Shown: positions 25,833 to 37,791 of the stretch, piece after piece | Layout of the letters: every line of letters begins with the position of its first letter | Numbering within the stretch: the first letter of the stretch is position 1 | Notes under the pieces: model-generated | The model's database searches: none | The model's input: the letters and a program-made list of their open reading frames with translations, nothing else | What the model was told of the DNA's origin: nothing | Assembly (NCBI RefSeq): GCF_006345805.1 | Contig: NC_043000.1 | Location: forward strand, 1,178,001-1,242,000 | DNA from: Octopus sinensis | Lineage: Eukaryota | DNA length: 64,000 nt | Reading direction: 5' to 3' | Made by a program: the position numbers and the translations under genes

Positions 25833-26657
25833 TACACAGAGAAAAAACACAGAAAGAAGGAGAGAAAAAAAATTTGCGTGCAGAAGTTAGCGAATCAACA
25901 TGGCGATCTGATTTCGGCCAGAAGTCAAAGATCAAACATGAGACCAAGAAAGACCATCACTGACCATTGCCCATGCAAAATATCAGCAATACCTATTCAT
26001 AAGATTATTGTGTTTTGTTAGTCGCCAGCAATTTCCACTCGTACACATTGGTTCCACTTCCAATTTTCTTTTTTTAACGAGGTCTTTGTGCCGCTTCCTG
26101 TCTTCATCTTGCGCGCTTCCTTCCCCCTCACATGGGAGCAAAACGGTTGTCTGGGCAAACGATGGCGCAGCATTTGCACGGCTTGATCAGTCCATTTGAA
26201 TGGATGCCGCAATTTTAATGCGGAAAATATTGGTTTGAATTTTTGGGGGCACAAGGCCATCAAATTTCGAGAGAGCGGGGTAAGTCGATTACATCGACCT
26301 CAGTATTCAATTGATATTTCTTTTGTCGACCACGAAAGGATAAAAGGTAAGGTCAATCTCGGCGGGATTTGGACTCAGAACGTAGAGACGGACGAAATGC
26401 TCTTCAGCATTTTTCCCGGCCTGCTAACGATTCTGTCAGCTTGCTGCCTAAATGCGGGAAATATTGACACTCGACCACATTGAAATTTCTTCTGTCACTG
26501 GATGAATTTATTCTACGTACGACGTTTTTGGATGAACTTTACTCTCACTAAAACATAGCCATTAACGACTTTTCTCCGCTGTTCTCTACTCGGTATTTTT
26601 TCTGCTTCTCTCCAATCGCACCCATTCTTTCACAGTTTTGCCTCCTTTCGAGTTGTG

Positions 26658-27041
26658 GGATCTTTTCGGTTTGAACGGCAGTTTTTAACATAATTTCTAG
26701 GTAACTGAAAAATTTTAAACTTCGTATACTGGTAGAACGTGTTTATAAAACATCTTTTTCTCTTGGCTTTATTGAGAAAATTCTATAGTTTGTAAGATAT
26801 TTGTTGTTTCTTTTCTTCAATTTCTGCAATTTCAACCAATCAATGACGTCCATTGAAGTAAAAAAACATTCTGTGCCGTATGAATATGTCCCTCGTTTCC
26901 CCCTAACTCTAACCCTAACCCTAACTAAACCTAACCCTAAAACAGATTGAAATGCAATAGATCGATACTAAGGTCATAGTTATGGGTGACAATTTCATAT
27001 GACACCGCTAGAAAAAACTGCCGTTCAAACTGAAAAGATCC
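26658..27041. mobile_element. MITE with 8-bp TSD and internal (CCCTAA)-like repeats
   Basis: ~30-bp TIRs ggatcttttcggtttgaacggcagttttt / aaaaactgccgttcaaactgaaaagatcc; TSD GAGTTGTG at 26650-26657 and 27042-27049; telomere-like tract at 26901-26940. Confidence 0.88.
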
Positions 27042-27255
27042 GAGTTGTGTAAGACAACGTCATATGTTTCCTCGATGGAAGATCTTCCTCTCCAAAGTTT
27101 TGTTGGTTTCGAATTGTTATTGATGTTTTGGTAACTTTGCTTTCTTTTCGATATAGGGATGTTGGCTCCCACGCAAACCCATTATGAACTCTGGGAAGTG
27201 GAGGTCCATATTAGTCTTGCCTCTACCCTTTCACCTGTCCTGTATAGAAAGCCCT

Positions 27256-27619
27256 GGTTAGGGCAGCGGACTCGCGGTCATAGGATCGCGGTTTCGATTC
27301 CCAGACCGGGCGTTGTGAGTGTTTATTGAGCGAAAACACCTAAAAGCTCCACGAGGCTCCGGCAGGGGATGGTGGTGATCCCTGCTGTACTCTTTCACCA
27401 CAACTTTCTCTCACTCTTACTTCCTGTTTCTGTTGTACCTGTATTTCAAAGGGCCGGCCTTGTCACTCTCTGTGTCACGCTGAATATCCCCGAGAACTAC
27501 GTTAAGGGTACACGTGTCTGTGGAGTGCTCAGCCACTTACACGTTAATTTCACGAGCAGGCTGTTCCGTTGATTCGGATCAACCGGGACCCTCGTTGTCG
27601 TAACCGACGGAGTGCTTCC
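27256..27619 (+). mobile_element. SINE C body + tail T1, slightly 5'-truncated, with TSD
   Basis: 13-bp TSD tatagaaagccct at 27243-27255 and 27620-27632. Confidence 0.93.
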
Positions 27620-27924
27620 TATAGAAAGCCCTCCAAGGAGTTTGCACTCTTTTGACATAGATCTCAAGGTCGTTGAGACATACAAGCCACCACATCGCAA
27701 GCAAAACCGAACCTTGTGGTGGGAATGCATTGCATAATCGGTAGATATTTTATCAACCTTAGATAGAGGAATAACAAACTTGACTATAACGGGAATTGAA
27801 CTTAGAACGGAAAGAAGTGTTATCAAATCACACAAGCTAAAATTATTCTGTCATTTTGCCTGTCTTCTCCTTATTCTAATGAATCATTAATCAAATATCC
27901 ATCAATCGTACATAACTCCTATTT

Positions 27925-28182
27925 ACGTCACCTGAAGACCAAGCTATCGGATGTTGTTACACATCGCTGATCACAATGCAGTTTTGAATTGTTTTAGCCT
28001 TCAAATGACGCCACTCCGCTGGCTAAGCGAGCTGGTCAATACACACCCTTGATCGAAAGGACTGGAGAAATGTAAAAGGAAGTGTTTTGCTCAAGAATAC
28101 AACGAGCCGCCCAGGCAGCAAATCGAAACCACAATCTAGCGATCGTGAGTGCAACAGCCTAACCACTGGGCCACGCACCTCC
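27925..28182 (-). mobile_element. SINE D-type body + tail T4
   Basis: tRNA head and D body on the minus strand; tail atgttgttacacatcgctg..cacaatgc shared with 49620 and 58990. Confidence 0.75.
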
Positions 28183-28278
28183 TATTACAGAAAAATAATA
28201 GGAGAGTATTGTAGTTTGCTTGAAGCATTGTGTATTGTTTGTAAAGAATAAAAAGTTTTGAATGGTATAACAATGTAC

Positions 28279-28508
28279 GAGCTGGCAGAACCGTTAGCAC
28301 GCCGGGCGAAATACTTAGCGGTATTTCGTCTGCCGTTACGTTCTGAGTTCAAATTCCGCCAAGGTCGACTTTGCCTTTCATCCTTTCGGGGTCGATAAAT
28401 TAAGTACCAGTTACGCACTGGGGTCGATGTAATCGACTTAATACCTATGTCTGTCCTTGTTTGTCCCCTCTGTGTTTAGCCCCTTGTGGGTAATAAAGAA
28501 ATAGGTAT
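28279..28508 (+). mobile_element. SINE B monomer
   Basis: Complete head and body. Confidence 0.9.
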
Positions 28509-28571
28509 AACAATGTACTATAATAGAGACAATGGACTAAATACCTGTTGTAATTTAGTCATCCATAGTCT

Positions 28572-28611
28572 GATATGACGTTTCGGAATAATATTCCTTC
28601 TTCAGATATTC
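28572..28611 (-). ncRNA. Minimal type I hammerhead ribozyme motif
   Basis: Minus strand: atat CTGAAGA a ggaat att attcc GAAA cGTC atat. Canonical CUGANGA/GAAA core, 5-bp stem II, palindromic AC/GU stem III, GUC cleavage triplet, 4-bp stem I. Confidence 0.6.
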
Positions 28612-28918
28612 TTAGATGGAGTCGCTGCTATAATCGGTTTTCTAACGGCTTTTCTTTTTTATTTTGTTTTGGAAGCGTCTCAGCAGTGGTCTCACGATGC
28701 TCCTTCCGGCATTCCTCATAAGAAGTGTGTGAGGTCGGCCATGTCTTTCATATCTCGTATTTTGGGGAATATCCACATTTATTCATCTCATAAAGCGGTG
28801 AAATAAATGAATGAAACACACAATTTTTTATACAGAAGCTAAAGAACCCAGGGTAACCTCGACGTCCTGAGTTTAGTAAATCACCGAGCTCGATTTGACC
28901 GTCCATCCTTTAGTGAAT

Positions 28919-29315
28919 ATCTTTATATATAAAAGTGAAGTTGTGTGTCTGTCTAATCCGATTTAGATTCCTAACTACTCCCACATTTTGCGGTGCAGTT
29001 TAACCTAAAGCGGGTATCTTATAGTCGTGATTCATATCGAGCCCTTCTGGGTATTAGCGCGCGTCTACAATGAGTCTACGATTTAAAAAAAAATTACCAT
29101 AATTTTTTCCCATTTTTAATGCATTTTTTTGCTATTATATAAGGGAAGTAACTCTCTAAAAATGTATTATTAAATCTCAGAACGTAAAAAGCTACAGTAA
29201 CACCCCGCCTTTGTGGTTAGCCATATTGAGATGGCTATTATACTTTACATCTCTAAAAATGCTTATATAGTTATTTCCCTTACAAACCCGAGCAACGCCG
29301 GGCGATACTGCTAGT
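28919..29315 (-). mobile_element. HINE-like element, subfamily 4
   Basis: Reverse complement of the actagc start; near identical to 49209-49613. Confidence 0.82.
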
Positions 29316-29372
29316 TTGAAATAAAAGAGTCAAGTAATGAAACAGATTCAACAGACTGTAGCACTTTCCTGT

Positions 29373-29617
29373 GGAGGCGCGTGGCTTAGTGGTTAGGGTG
29401 TCAGCATCATGATCGTAAGATTCTGGTTTCGATTCCTGGACCGGGCGACGCGTTGTGTTCTTGAGCAAAACACTTCATTTCACGTTGCTCCAGTCCACTC
29501 AGCTGGCAAAAATGAGTAACGTTGCGATGGACTGGGGTCCCGTCCAGCTGGGGAACACATACGCCATTGAAACCGGGAAACCGGGCCCATGAGCTTGGCT
29601 AGGCTTTAAAAGGGCGA
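29373..29617 (+). mobile_element. SINE D body + tail T2
   Basis: Head ggaggcgcgtggcttagtggttaggg; D body; tail gtcccgtccag...gaaaccggg shared with 41704. Confidence 0.85.
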
Positions 29618-30180
29618 AAGAGAGAAGAAGTAACACTTTCCTACAAATCTGTCGAGCAGGAAGCAAAATATGTAATCGATATTGTGTAATATTTTTAGTA
29701 TTCCAATATCTTAACAAAGAACAAGAGTTAAATTTTCGTCAAGCTTTTGACAAATCGTTTCACCAACATGTTTTAGCTTAGAGGCTATAGCATTTTTATT
29801 TTGTAATTTTTAATTGCCAATGACGACAATATAATTATAAACGTTACCTAATCTCAAATACTCCTCATCCTTTTCTGCTCTCCTCGTCTCTTAAACTTTT
29901 CAGGTAATATAATAAAACAAAAAAAAAAACCTTCTGGTTTCCGATATCTAGAAAATTTTCCTTCCAGTCCTGTCATTCAGACAAATAATCCGCTATGACG
30001 TCATATCATCAGCGTTCTCTTTTGTTTCGTTTTTTTTAGCAAAAAATAATGATGTATCATTTACCTTGGGAAACATGACTCGAATGTAAATTTGTTGGAA
30101 ATGTTTCTATTATGACGTAATAATTGTAATTTTGTCTTTCTGTTAACAAAACCCTGACCTTGCTTATCGCTTTGTTACAG

Positions 30181-30313
30181 CTTCATTGCTTCTGCAGACA
30201 CTGACACCGAGAATTCGAAAAGAATCTTAAATACTTTTTCATGGTATGAGAGAGAAGATGGGAGTTATACGGTGGTGCCAGGGGAACTAATGGATACAAT
30301 TATGGCGTTGTGC
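30181..30313 (+). CDS. Candidate coding exon of an unidentified protein
   Basis: Pyrimidine tract + ttacag acceptor; open frame FIASADTDTENSKRILNTFSWYEREDGSYTVVPGELMDTIMALC; donor TGC|gtaagt; not repeated elsewhere in the window. Confidence 0.4.
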
Positions 30314-31384
30314 GTAAGTTGACGTCTGACGTCAGATTTTTCTACTTTCACTTCTGACAACCAAAGGCATGACAGTGCCAGAGAGGGTGTAAAAGTGATT
30401 AAGGTGGAATTTTCGGATGAGAAGATAAAAGAGTATGAAAGGAAGGCTGAGAGAATGATAAGGAAAAATGGGCTTTTGATTGGAGATGATAAATGACGAT
30501 GGGTTGTGAAGGACAGGTAAGTGATGCTGGCGGATGGGGCCGTCAGCATCGCTTTCATATTATCATCTCAAAAATTTTCATCCAACATACTTTTAATTTG
30601 TAATGTTCTGTGTCCCCAATGTCTTGTGGTGTCCCCTCTGTGTCGCCCCTAGTGGGTAATAAAGAAATAGACAATGGCACTGAAAGTATGGAGACTAGTT
30701 CTTGTCAGTTAAATCCAAGACATCAGAGAGATATTTCGACTAACCAGTATAGTCGACAGTTGACGAGGTTAGTCTACAATCACGAAATTCACTTTAGGCA
30801 TTAAATACACCAGCTGGACTCTATAAAAAGTAAATCCTTTGATATCTCGGTAAGAGCTTTGTCTTCAATACGCAGACAACTAGAGAGAAATCTTCCACAT
30901 ACACCGCACAGAAATACTTACACATTGTCGTAGCGCACACATATATATATGCGGATGCGACTGGTCTACCGGTTAAGGTGTCTGGTTAAGTCGTGGTTCA
31001 TAGATATTGTCATCGTATAAATATATACAGACGCAGGCGTGGTTGTGTGATATCATTATCCTTGTATCATTATCATTCATCTCATTAATGTCCGTGTCCA
31101 GCCCGCAAGCTTCCCTTACTCTATGTACTGCCCTTGTGGCAAATTTAATGAAATAAAGAAGCTTGCTTCCGAACTATGTGGTTCCGGGTACGGTCCCACT
31201 GCATGGGCACCTTGGGTGAGTGTCCTCTACTGTTGCCTCGGGCTGACCAAAGCCTGCGGTTTAAACGGTCAACAGCACGATGACCGGTGACAATTTCAAA
31301 TGCAGTTTAAAGATATTTGAGCATTGTGTCATTTAAAGAAGTATAAACGTGTGTGTGTGTGTGTGTGTGTGTGTAATTTAAAGA

Positions 31385-31413
31385 CATAGATGGATGTATG
31401 GATGAATGGATGG

Positions 31414-31479
<66 letters not shown>

Positions 31480-31496
31480 GATAGATAGATAGATAG

Positions 31497-31540
<44 letters not shown>

Positions 31541-31555
31541 GATAGATAGATAGAT

Positions 31556-31602
<47 letters not shown>

Positions 31603-31618
31603 GTAGATAGATAGATAG

Positions 31619-31675
<57 letters not shown>

Positions 31676-31676
31676 C
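31385..31676. repeat. (GATA)n microsatellite
   Basis: Seen directly. Confidence 0.95.
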
Positions 31677-31699
31677 CACTGTATCGTTAGACAAATATA

Positions 31700-31960
31700 C
31701 CAACAAACTTAGGCGGGTACATTTACGTATTTGGAATTTGCCACAGTTATGTCAAAAGCTTTCGTTGGGTCGAACAAAAACTTGTGAGAGAAGGGACCAT
31801 TGCTCCTTGCACTTTTCTTGCAACTCTCTGATGCCAAAGATCATATTTATGATGATTCTACAAGATTTAAATCGACATTGAGTTTTGGAGTAACGACGGG
31901 ATACGATGAGAGTTTGCAAAGCTATTCTGCTAGAGTATGTTAACTACCTTACTAACAGTT
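31700..31960 (-). pseudogene. RTE-clade LINE reverse-transcriptase fragment
   Basis: Minus strand YSKTQCRFKSCRIIINMIFGIRELQEKCKEQ...VF, then a frameshift to ..KAFD; matches RTE YPESQCGFR..RST.DMIF..RQLQEKC.EQ...F.DL.KAFD. Confidence 0.8.
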
Positions 31961-31979
31961 ACAAATTTTAAAAAAAATA

Positions 31980-32610
31980 TTGGGTTGTCCGGAAAGTTCG
32001 TGCCGATTTATAGTACTCTCTCTTTTACTTGTTTCAGTCATTTGACTGCGGCCATGCTGGAGCACCGCCTTTAATCGAGCAACTCGATCCCGAACTTATT
32101 CTTTTGTAAGCCCAGTACTTATTCTATCGGTCTCTTTTGCCGGACCGCTAAGTAACGGGGACGTAAACACACCAGCATCGGTTGTCAAGCAATGCTAGGG
32201 GGACAAACACAGACACACAAACATACACGCACACACACATATATATATATATATGCATATATACGACGGGCTTCTTTTAGTTTCCGTCTACCAAATCCAC
32301 TCACAAGGCATTGGTCGGCCCGGGGCTATAGCAGAAGACACTTGCCCAAGGTGCCACGCAGTGGGACTGAACCCGGAACCATGTGGTTGGTTAGCAAGCT
32401 ACTTACAACACAGCCACTCCTGCTTACCTTCCGACTTATTTTAGAACATGGTTGAGTCCATAAAATAGGATTTGACTACATACCTCCATTTAGAGCACAG
32501 TTTAATCCATCTTTTCGTGGAAGAAGGTTTATGTTCCTATAACCTGTGTTAATTCTGTAACCCTTTAGAATGGAAGATAAGAAAGTTCATTTTCGGCACT
32601 TGATGCTTTG
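31980..32610 (+). mobile_element. Mariner left end, interrupted by SINE A (32016-32423) and truncated by SINE B
   Basis: TIR ttgggttgtccggaaagttcgtgccgattt; colinear with 37788-38352 once the SINE is removed. Confidence 0.85.
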
Positions 32611-32612
32611 GT

Positions 32613-32835
32613 AACGAACGTAGCGGCAGACGAGATACCTATTTCTTTACTACCCACAAGGGGCTACTCACAGAGAGGACAAACAAGGACAGACAAACGG
32701 ATTAAGTCGATTACATCGACCCCAATGCGTAATTGGTACTTAATTTATCGACCCCGAAAGGATGAAAGGCAAAGTGGACCTCAGCGGAATTTGAACTCAG
32801 AACGTAACGGCAGACGAAACACCGCTAAGCATCTT
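32613..32835 (-). mobile_element. SINE B, including part of a second unit
   Basis: The fixed junction (cagacgagatacctatttcttt) is present at its 3' end. Confidence 0.85.
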
Positions 32836-33204
32836 CCGTGAAATATATCTTGAAGTACATATATAAAGGATATGACTGTGTTCAGATATAAATACAAAAA
32901 TACAATAATGAAATTTCGCAGTACATAAATAAACAGAAGCAATGTGAAGGTAACTAGAATTCACAACGCACGCTAACTCGCATGCTGTGATTGCCTTCCG
33001 GTACCGCCTGAACATCGGCTGCCTTGGTTTACTTTTAAGAAGGCGCTGGGAGAGAAGTATTTCGAAATATGCAAAATAGAAACACTCTCCTCGCGGCATG
33101 GTTCGGTCTACATGAAACTGGAAGGTGCCAGACGATCTCTCTCTCTCTCTCTCTCTCTCTGAAAATCTTACTATTGTACTTTTGACAAAACAATATATAA
33201 GCAA

Positions 33205-33280
33205 GACTATCTATCTAATCTATCTATCTATCTATCTATCTAATCTATCTGTCTATCTATCTATCTATCTAATCTATCTA

Positions 33281-33325
<45 letters not shown>

Positions 33326-33334
33326 ATCTATCTA

Positions 33335-33416
<82 letters not shown>

Positions 33417-33438
33417 ATCTATCTAATCTATCTAATCC

Positions 33439-33499
<61 letters not shown>

Positions 33500-33516
33500 A
33501 TCTATCTATCTATCTA
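33205..33516. repeat. (TATC)n microsatellite
   Basis: Seen directly. Confidence 0.95.
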
Positions 33517-33807
33517 TAATACAGAGAGTTGCTTATTATACTTCTGGGGGAAGTATAATGATTTGTCGAATGTAGGTAAAACCTCCAAAGGAAAGGGATA
33601 TATTTCTTTTCAGATTCTTGGTGAGCTGGCAGAATCGTTAACACGCAAGACAAAACGCTTAGCGGTATTTCGCCCATCGCTATGTTCTGAGTTCAAATTC
33701 CGCCGAGGTCGATTTTGCCTTTCATTCTTTCGTGGTCGATAAATTAAGTACCAGTTTATCACTGCGGTCGATGTAACCGACACATCCCTCCCCACAAAAT
33801 CCAGGCC

Positions 33808-33857
<50 letters not shown>

Positions 33858-33880
33858 ATTATAATTATTATTATTATTAA

Positions 33881-33915
<35 letters not shown>

Positions 33916-34176
33916 TATGTTTGAATTTTGCTTTATATTTGTACAAGTTGGCTCCAAGTCTCACCCAGAGACCTCAAGAGACAACAGGGTTGGAAGTTAA
34001 TGTTGATGTTATGCCTAGTGTGCCATATATTTGGGGGGGGGGGTGTTGAACTAATGAATGTCTAAAAAAGTTTTTTTTTTTTTTTAAACCGAAAATTATG
34101 TTTGTTTTAAACCTTGAGATTACATAGAAAGTATTTTGCGTAGGATATTATTATTATTATTATTATATTATTATTA

Positions 34177-34207
<31 letters not shown>

Positions 34208-34254
34208 TATTATCATTATTATTATTATTATTATTATTGTTGTTGTTGTTGTTT

Positions 34255-34318
<64 letters not shown>

Positions 34319-34326
34319 TATTATCA

Positions 34327-34369
<43 letters not shown>

Positions 34370-34506
34370 ATTGTTGTTTTTATTGTTGTTGTTGTTGTTG
34401 TTGTTGTTATTATTATTATTATGATTATTATTATTATTATTATTATGATTATTATTATTATTATTATTATCATTATTAATATTGTTATTGTTATTATTAT
34501 TATTAT
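33808..34506. repeat. (TTA)n/(TTG)n microsatellite blocks flanking a short unique insert
   Basis: TTA runs at 33808-33913 and 34145-34506. The intervening 33915-34030 may be a Dong-like 3' end (low confidence). Confidence 0.9.
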
Positions 34507-35315
34507 TGCATATAATGGATATTACAAACTTTGAAGACATTTATACGAATAACTAACACATATAAAGCAGCAGCTGAAAGTGGCAAGTTATTAAATAATA
34601 ATTAGTAATGGGTGTGATGTGTATTGAAGCAATAAAAGACAGGATGCCTCCTTAACTATGCTATTTCAGGATTTTATAGGAATGAGCAGTACAAATAACG
34701 AAGCTCGCAACAATAGACTAATTTCCAAATATTACACGAGATCTAAAGGTAAGTATCACTTTTATAGAAAGCCAAACGAAGTGGTGATACATATCTTTTA
34801 AAATTCCAGTCCTCTTTGGTTATAATTAGGAAACTGTAGCAGCAAAATCTTCTGTTCATCCTGCGGTAGGGAAATTTTCGACAGCGTAGTATTCTACAAT
34901 ATAAGTTACACATTAACTAGGAGTGGCTTCAGTAAAAAGTTACTTTATATAAAAGATCACCCACTCATTCTACTTACGAGGAGAGTGGGCGTAATCTGGT
35001 TTACTCCACCTCACTTAGACCTCACTACAAATATTGCCAGAAACTAACTCTCGTGTGCTGCATCACTTTCTGACTGCGCATAAGTAACATAATCTCTTCA
35101 AAACAAAAAACGTCAAGGTTAGTTATTCTTGACGAGACATTGCTGCTTCCAGCATCACATTTTCAAACAAAAAGCATGCATCTACTAAGATCCTGCTTAA
35201 GTCACCCGTGCTGTAATTCGAAAATCTGCTTTTCCGTTGAGAGGATTCTATCTCCTAAACTGAGTGGTATATATAGTGACTCTTTTCCTATCAAATGGTA
35301 TATGGAGGAACTAAG

Positions 35316-35550
35316 GCGGCGAGCTAGCAGAAACGTTAGCACGCCGGGCGAAATGCTTAGCGGTATTTCGTCTGCGTTACGTTGTGTGTTCAAATTCCAC
35401 CGAGGTCGACTTTGCCTTTCATCCTTTCGGGGTCGATAAATTAAGTACCAGTTACGCACTGGGGTCGATGTAATCGACTTAATACCTATGTCTGTCCTTG
35501 TTTGTCCCCTCTGTGTTTGGCTCCTTGTGGGTAGTAAAGAAATAGGTATA
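35316..35550 (+). mobile_element. SINE B monomer
   Basis: Complete head and body. Confidence 0.88.
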
Positions 35551-35752
35551 TGGAGGAACTATAGAAGTTCACTACAGAGGGTTTTTTTTAAGAAACGGTA
35601 TAGCCAAAATCTGCATTCATTTAGGTTCAGAGAAAAGGTTAAATCAGATTATGCTATAACCAATTATTTAATATCAGGCTCTGATTTGTTACTACAACGT
35701 TTCGAATTGAGACGTCAGTTGTAAACAATGAGGTCGAAGACAAAAATGGGAA

Positions 35753-35840
35753 ATGAGTGTACATGCCATATTTCGGAGTTGTTGCTCCTTCATCAGTACT
35801 GATCAAACCTACTATCCTTCAACATCAGCACTCATCTAAC
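35753..35840 (-). ncRNA. Type I hammerhead ribozyme motif (family HH1) with partial upstream duplication
   Basis: Minus strand: CTGATGA a ggag caacaa ctcc GAAA tatg g catg TA cactcat; a duplicated 5' arm ggttagatgagtgCTGATG lies ~33 bp upstream. Confidence 0.6.
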
Positions 35841-35942
35841 CTACTATCCCTCAACAAAAATGCGAAATTATTTCTAATTACCGTCAGGGATAATTTCAAC
35901 TGACTTGATAAATAATGACAAATAAAATCGTGGAATTAACTA

Positions 35943-36912
35943 TCTATTTCTTTATTACCCACAAGGGGCTAAACACAGAAGGGACAAACAAGGACAGACA
36001 TAGGTATTAAGTCGATTACATCGACCCCAGTGCGTAACTGGTACTAAATTTATCGACCCCGAAAGGATGAAAGGCAAAGTCGACCTCGGCGGAATTTGAA
36101 CTCAGAACGTAGCGGCAGACGAAATACCTATTTCTTTACTACCCACAAGGGGCTAAACACAGGGAGGGACAAACAAGGACAGACAAACGGATTAAGTCGA
36201 TTACATCGACCCCAGTGCGTAACTGGTACTAAATTTATCGACCCCGAAAGGATGAAAGGCAAGTCGACCTCGGCGGAATTTGAACTCAGAACGTAGCGGC
36301 AGACGAAATACCTATTCTTTACTACCCAAAGGGGCTAAACACAGAGGGGACAAACAAGGACAGACAAACGGATTAAGTCGATTACATCGACCCCAGTGCG
36401 TAACTGGTACTAAATTTATCGACCCCGAAAGGATGAAAGGCAAAGTCGACCTCGGCGGAATTTGAACTCAGAACGTAGCGGCAGACGAAATACCTATTTC
36501 TTTACTACCCACAAGGGGCTAAACACAGAGGGGACAAACAAGGACAGACAAACGGATTAAGTCGATTACATCGACCCCAGTGCGTAACTGGTACTAAATT
36601 TATCGACCCCGAAAGGATGAAAGGCAAAGTCGACCTCGGCGGAATTTGAACTCAGAACGTAGCGGCAGACGAAATACCTATTTCTTTACTACCCACAAGG
36701 GGCTAAACACAGAGGGGACAAACAAGGACAGACAAACGGATTAAGTCGATTACATCGACCCCAGTGCGTAACTGGTACTAAATTTATCGAGCCGAAAGGA
36801 TGAAAGGCAAAGTCGACCTCGGCGGAATTTTTAACTCAGAACCTAACCGCAGACGAAATACCATTAGACATTTCGCCCGGCGTGCTAACATTTCTGCCAG
36901 CTCGCCGCCTTT
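35943..36912 (-). mobile_element. SINE B: head + 5 tandem ~184-bp units
   Basis: Unit boundaries at about 35945, 36128, 36311, 36493 and 36677; head at 36860-36912. Confidence 0.93.
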
Positions 36913-37398
36913 CGTGGAATTATCTATCGTGCTACCAAAAGATAACCTTAGCTGAGATGCATTTATTGCGTCATAGTCACGCGCTAACATTCTTGCGAGG
37001 CTCAACGATATTTTACGCCGGTAGACAATAAAAAAAAAGTTTTAAGAACTTACAAGTCTGACGGCGAGCTGAGAGGATCGTCAACACACCGGACGAAATG
37101 TGACGTACACATTTCGTCCGTTTTTACGCACTAAGTTCAAATTCCGCTGTGGTCGACTTTGCCTTTCCATGCTTTCGGGGTCGATAAAACAAGTATTAGT
37201 TGAACACTGGGGTCGACTGTAATCGACGCACGTCCTCCCCCCAAAATGACTGGCCTTGGGCCAGAATTTGAAATCGATATTTTTGCAAGTCTGCAGTAAT
37301 ACGACAGTTCACATATCTATAATATATCTAGAACAAACGGTCAATGACCTGTCAACAGATTATATGCGTCTTTGTGTTTCTCTGTATATCTGGGGTGC

Positions 37399-37435
<37 letters not shown>

Positions 37436-37523
37436 GTGCATATACATTGTATGTATATATAATCACTTATTCTTTTACTTGTTTCAGTCATTTGACTGCA
37501 GTCATGCTGGAGCACCGCCTTGG

Positions 37524-37554
<31 letters not shown>

Positions 37555-37741
37555 TATATATAAAGGAAATGAAAGAAAGAATGCTGACAAAATAATTTAA
37601 GTAAGGGAGAGTGTATTTAATTAGGTGAAAGTTCTTTTTACCGGTTTGCGCATTTGTTATGCTTATCAAAAGATATTTTTTTAAGAGAGATAGAGTTCTT
37701 TCTGATAGATTTTTTCTCTATATATATATTTTCTCTTATAT

Positions 37742-37787
<46 letters not shown>

Positions 37788-37791
<4 letters not shown>

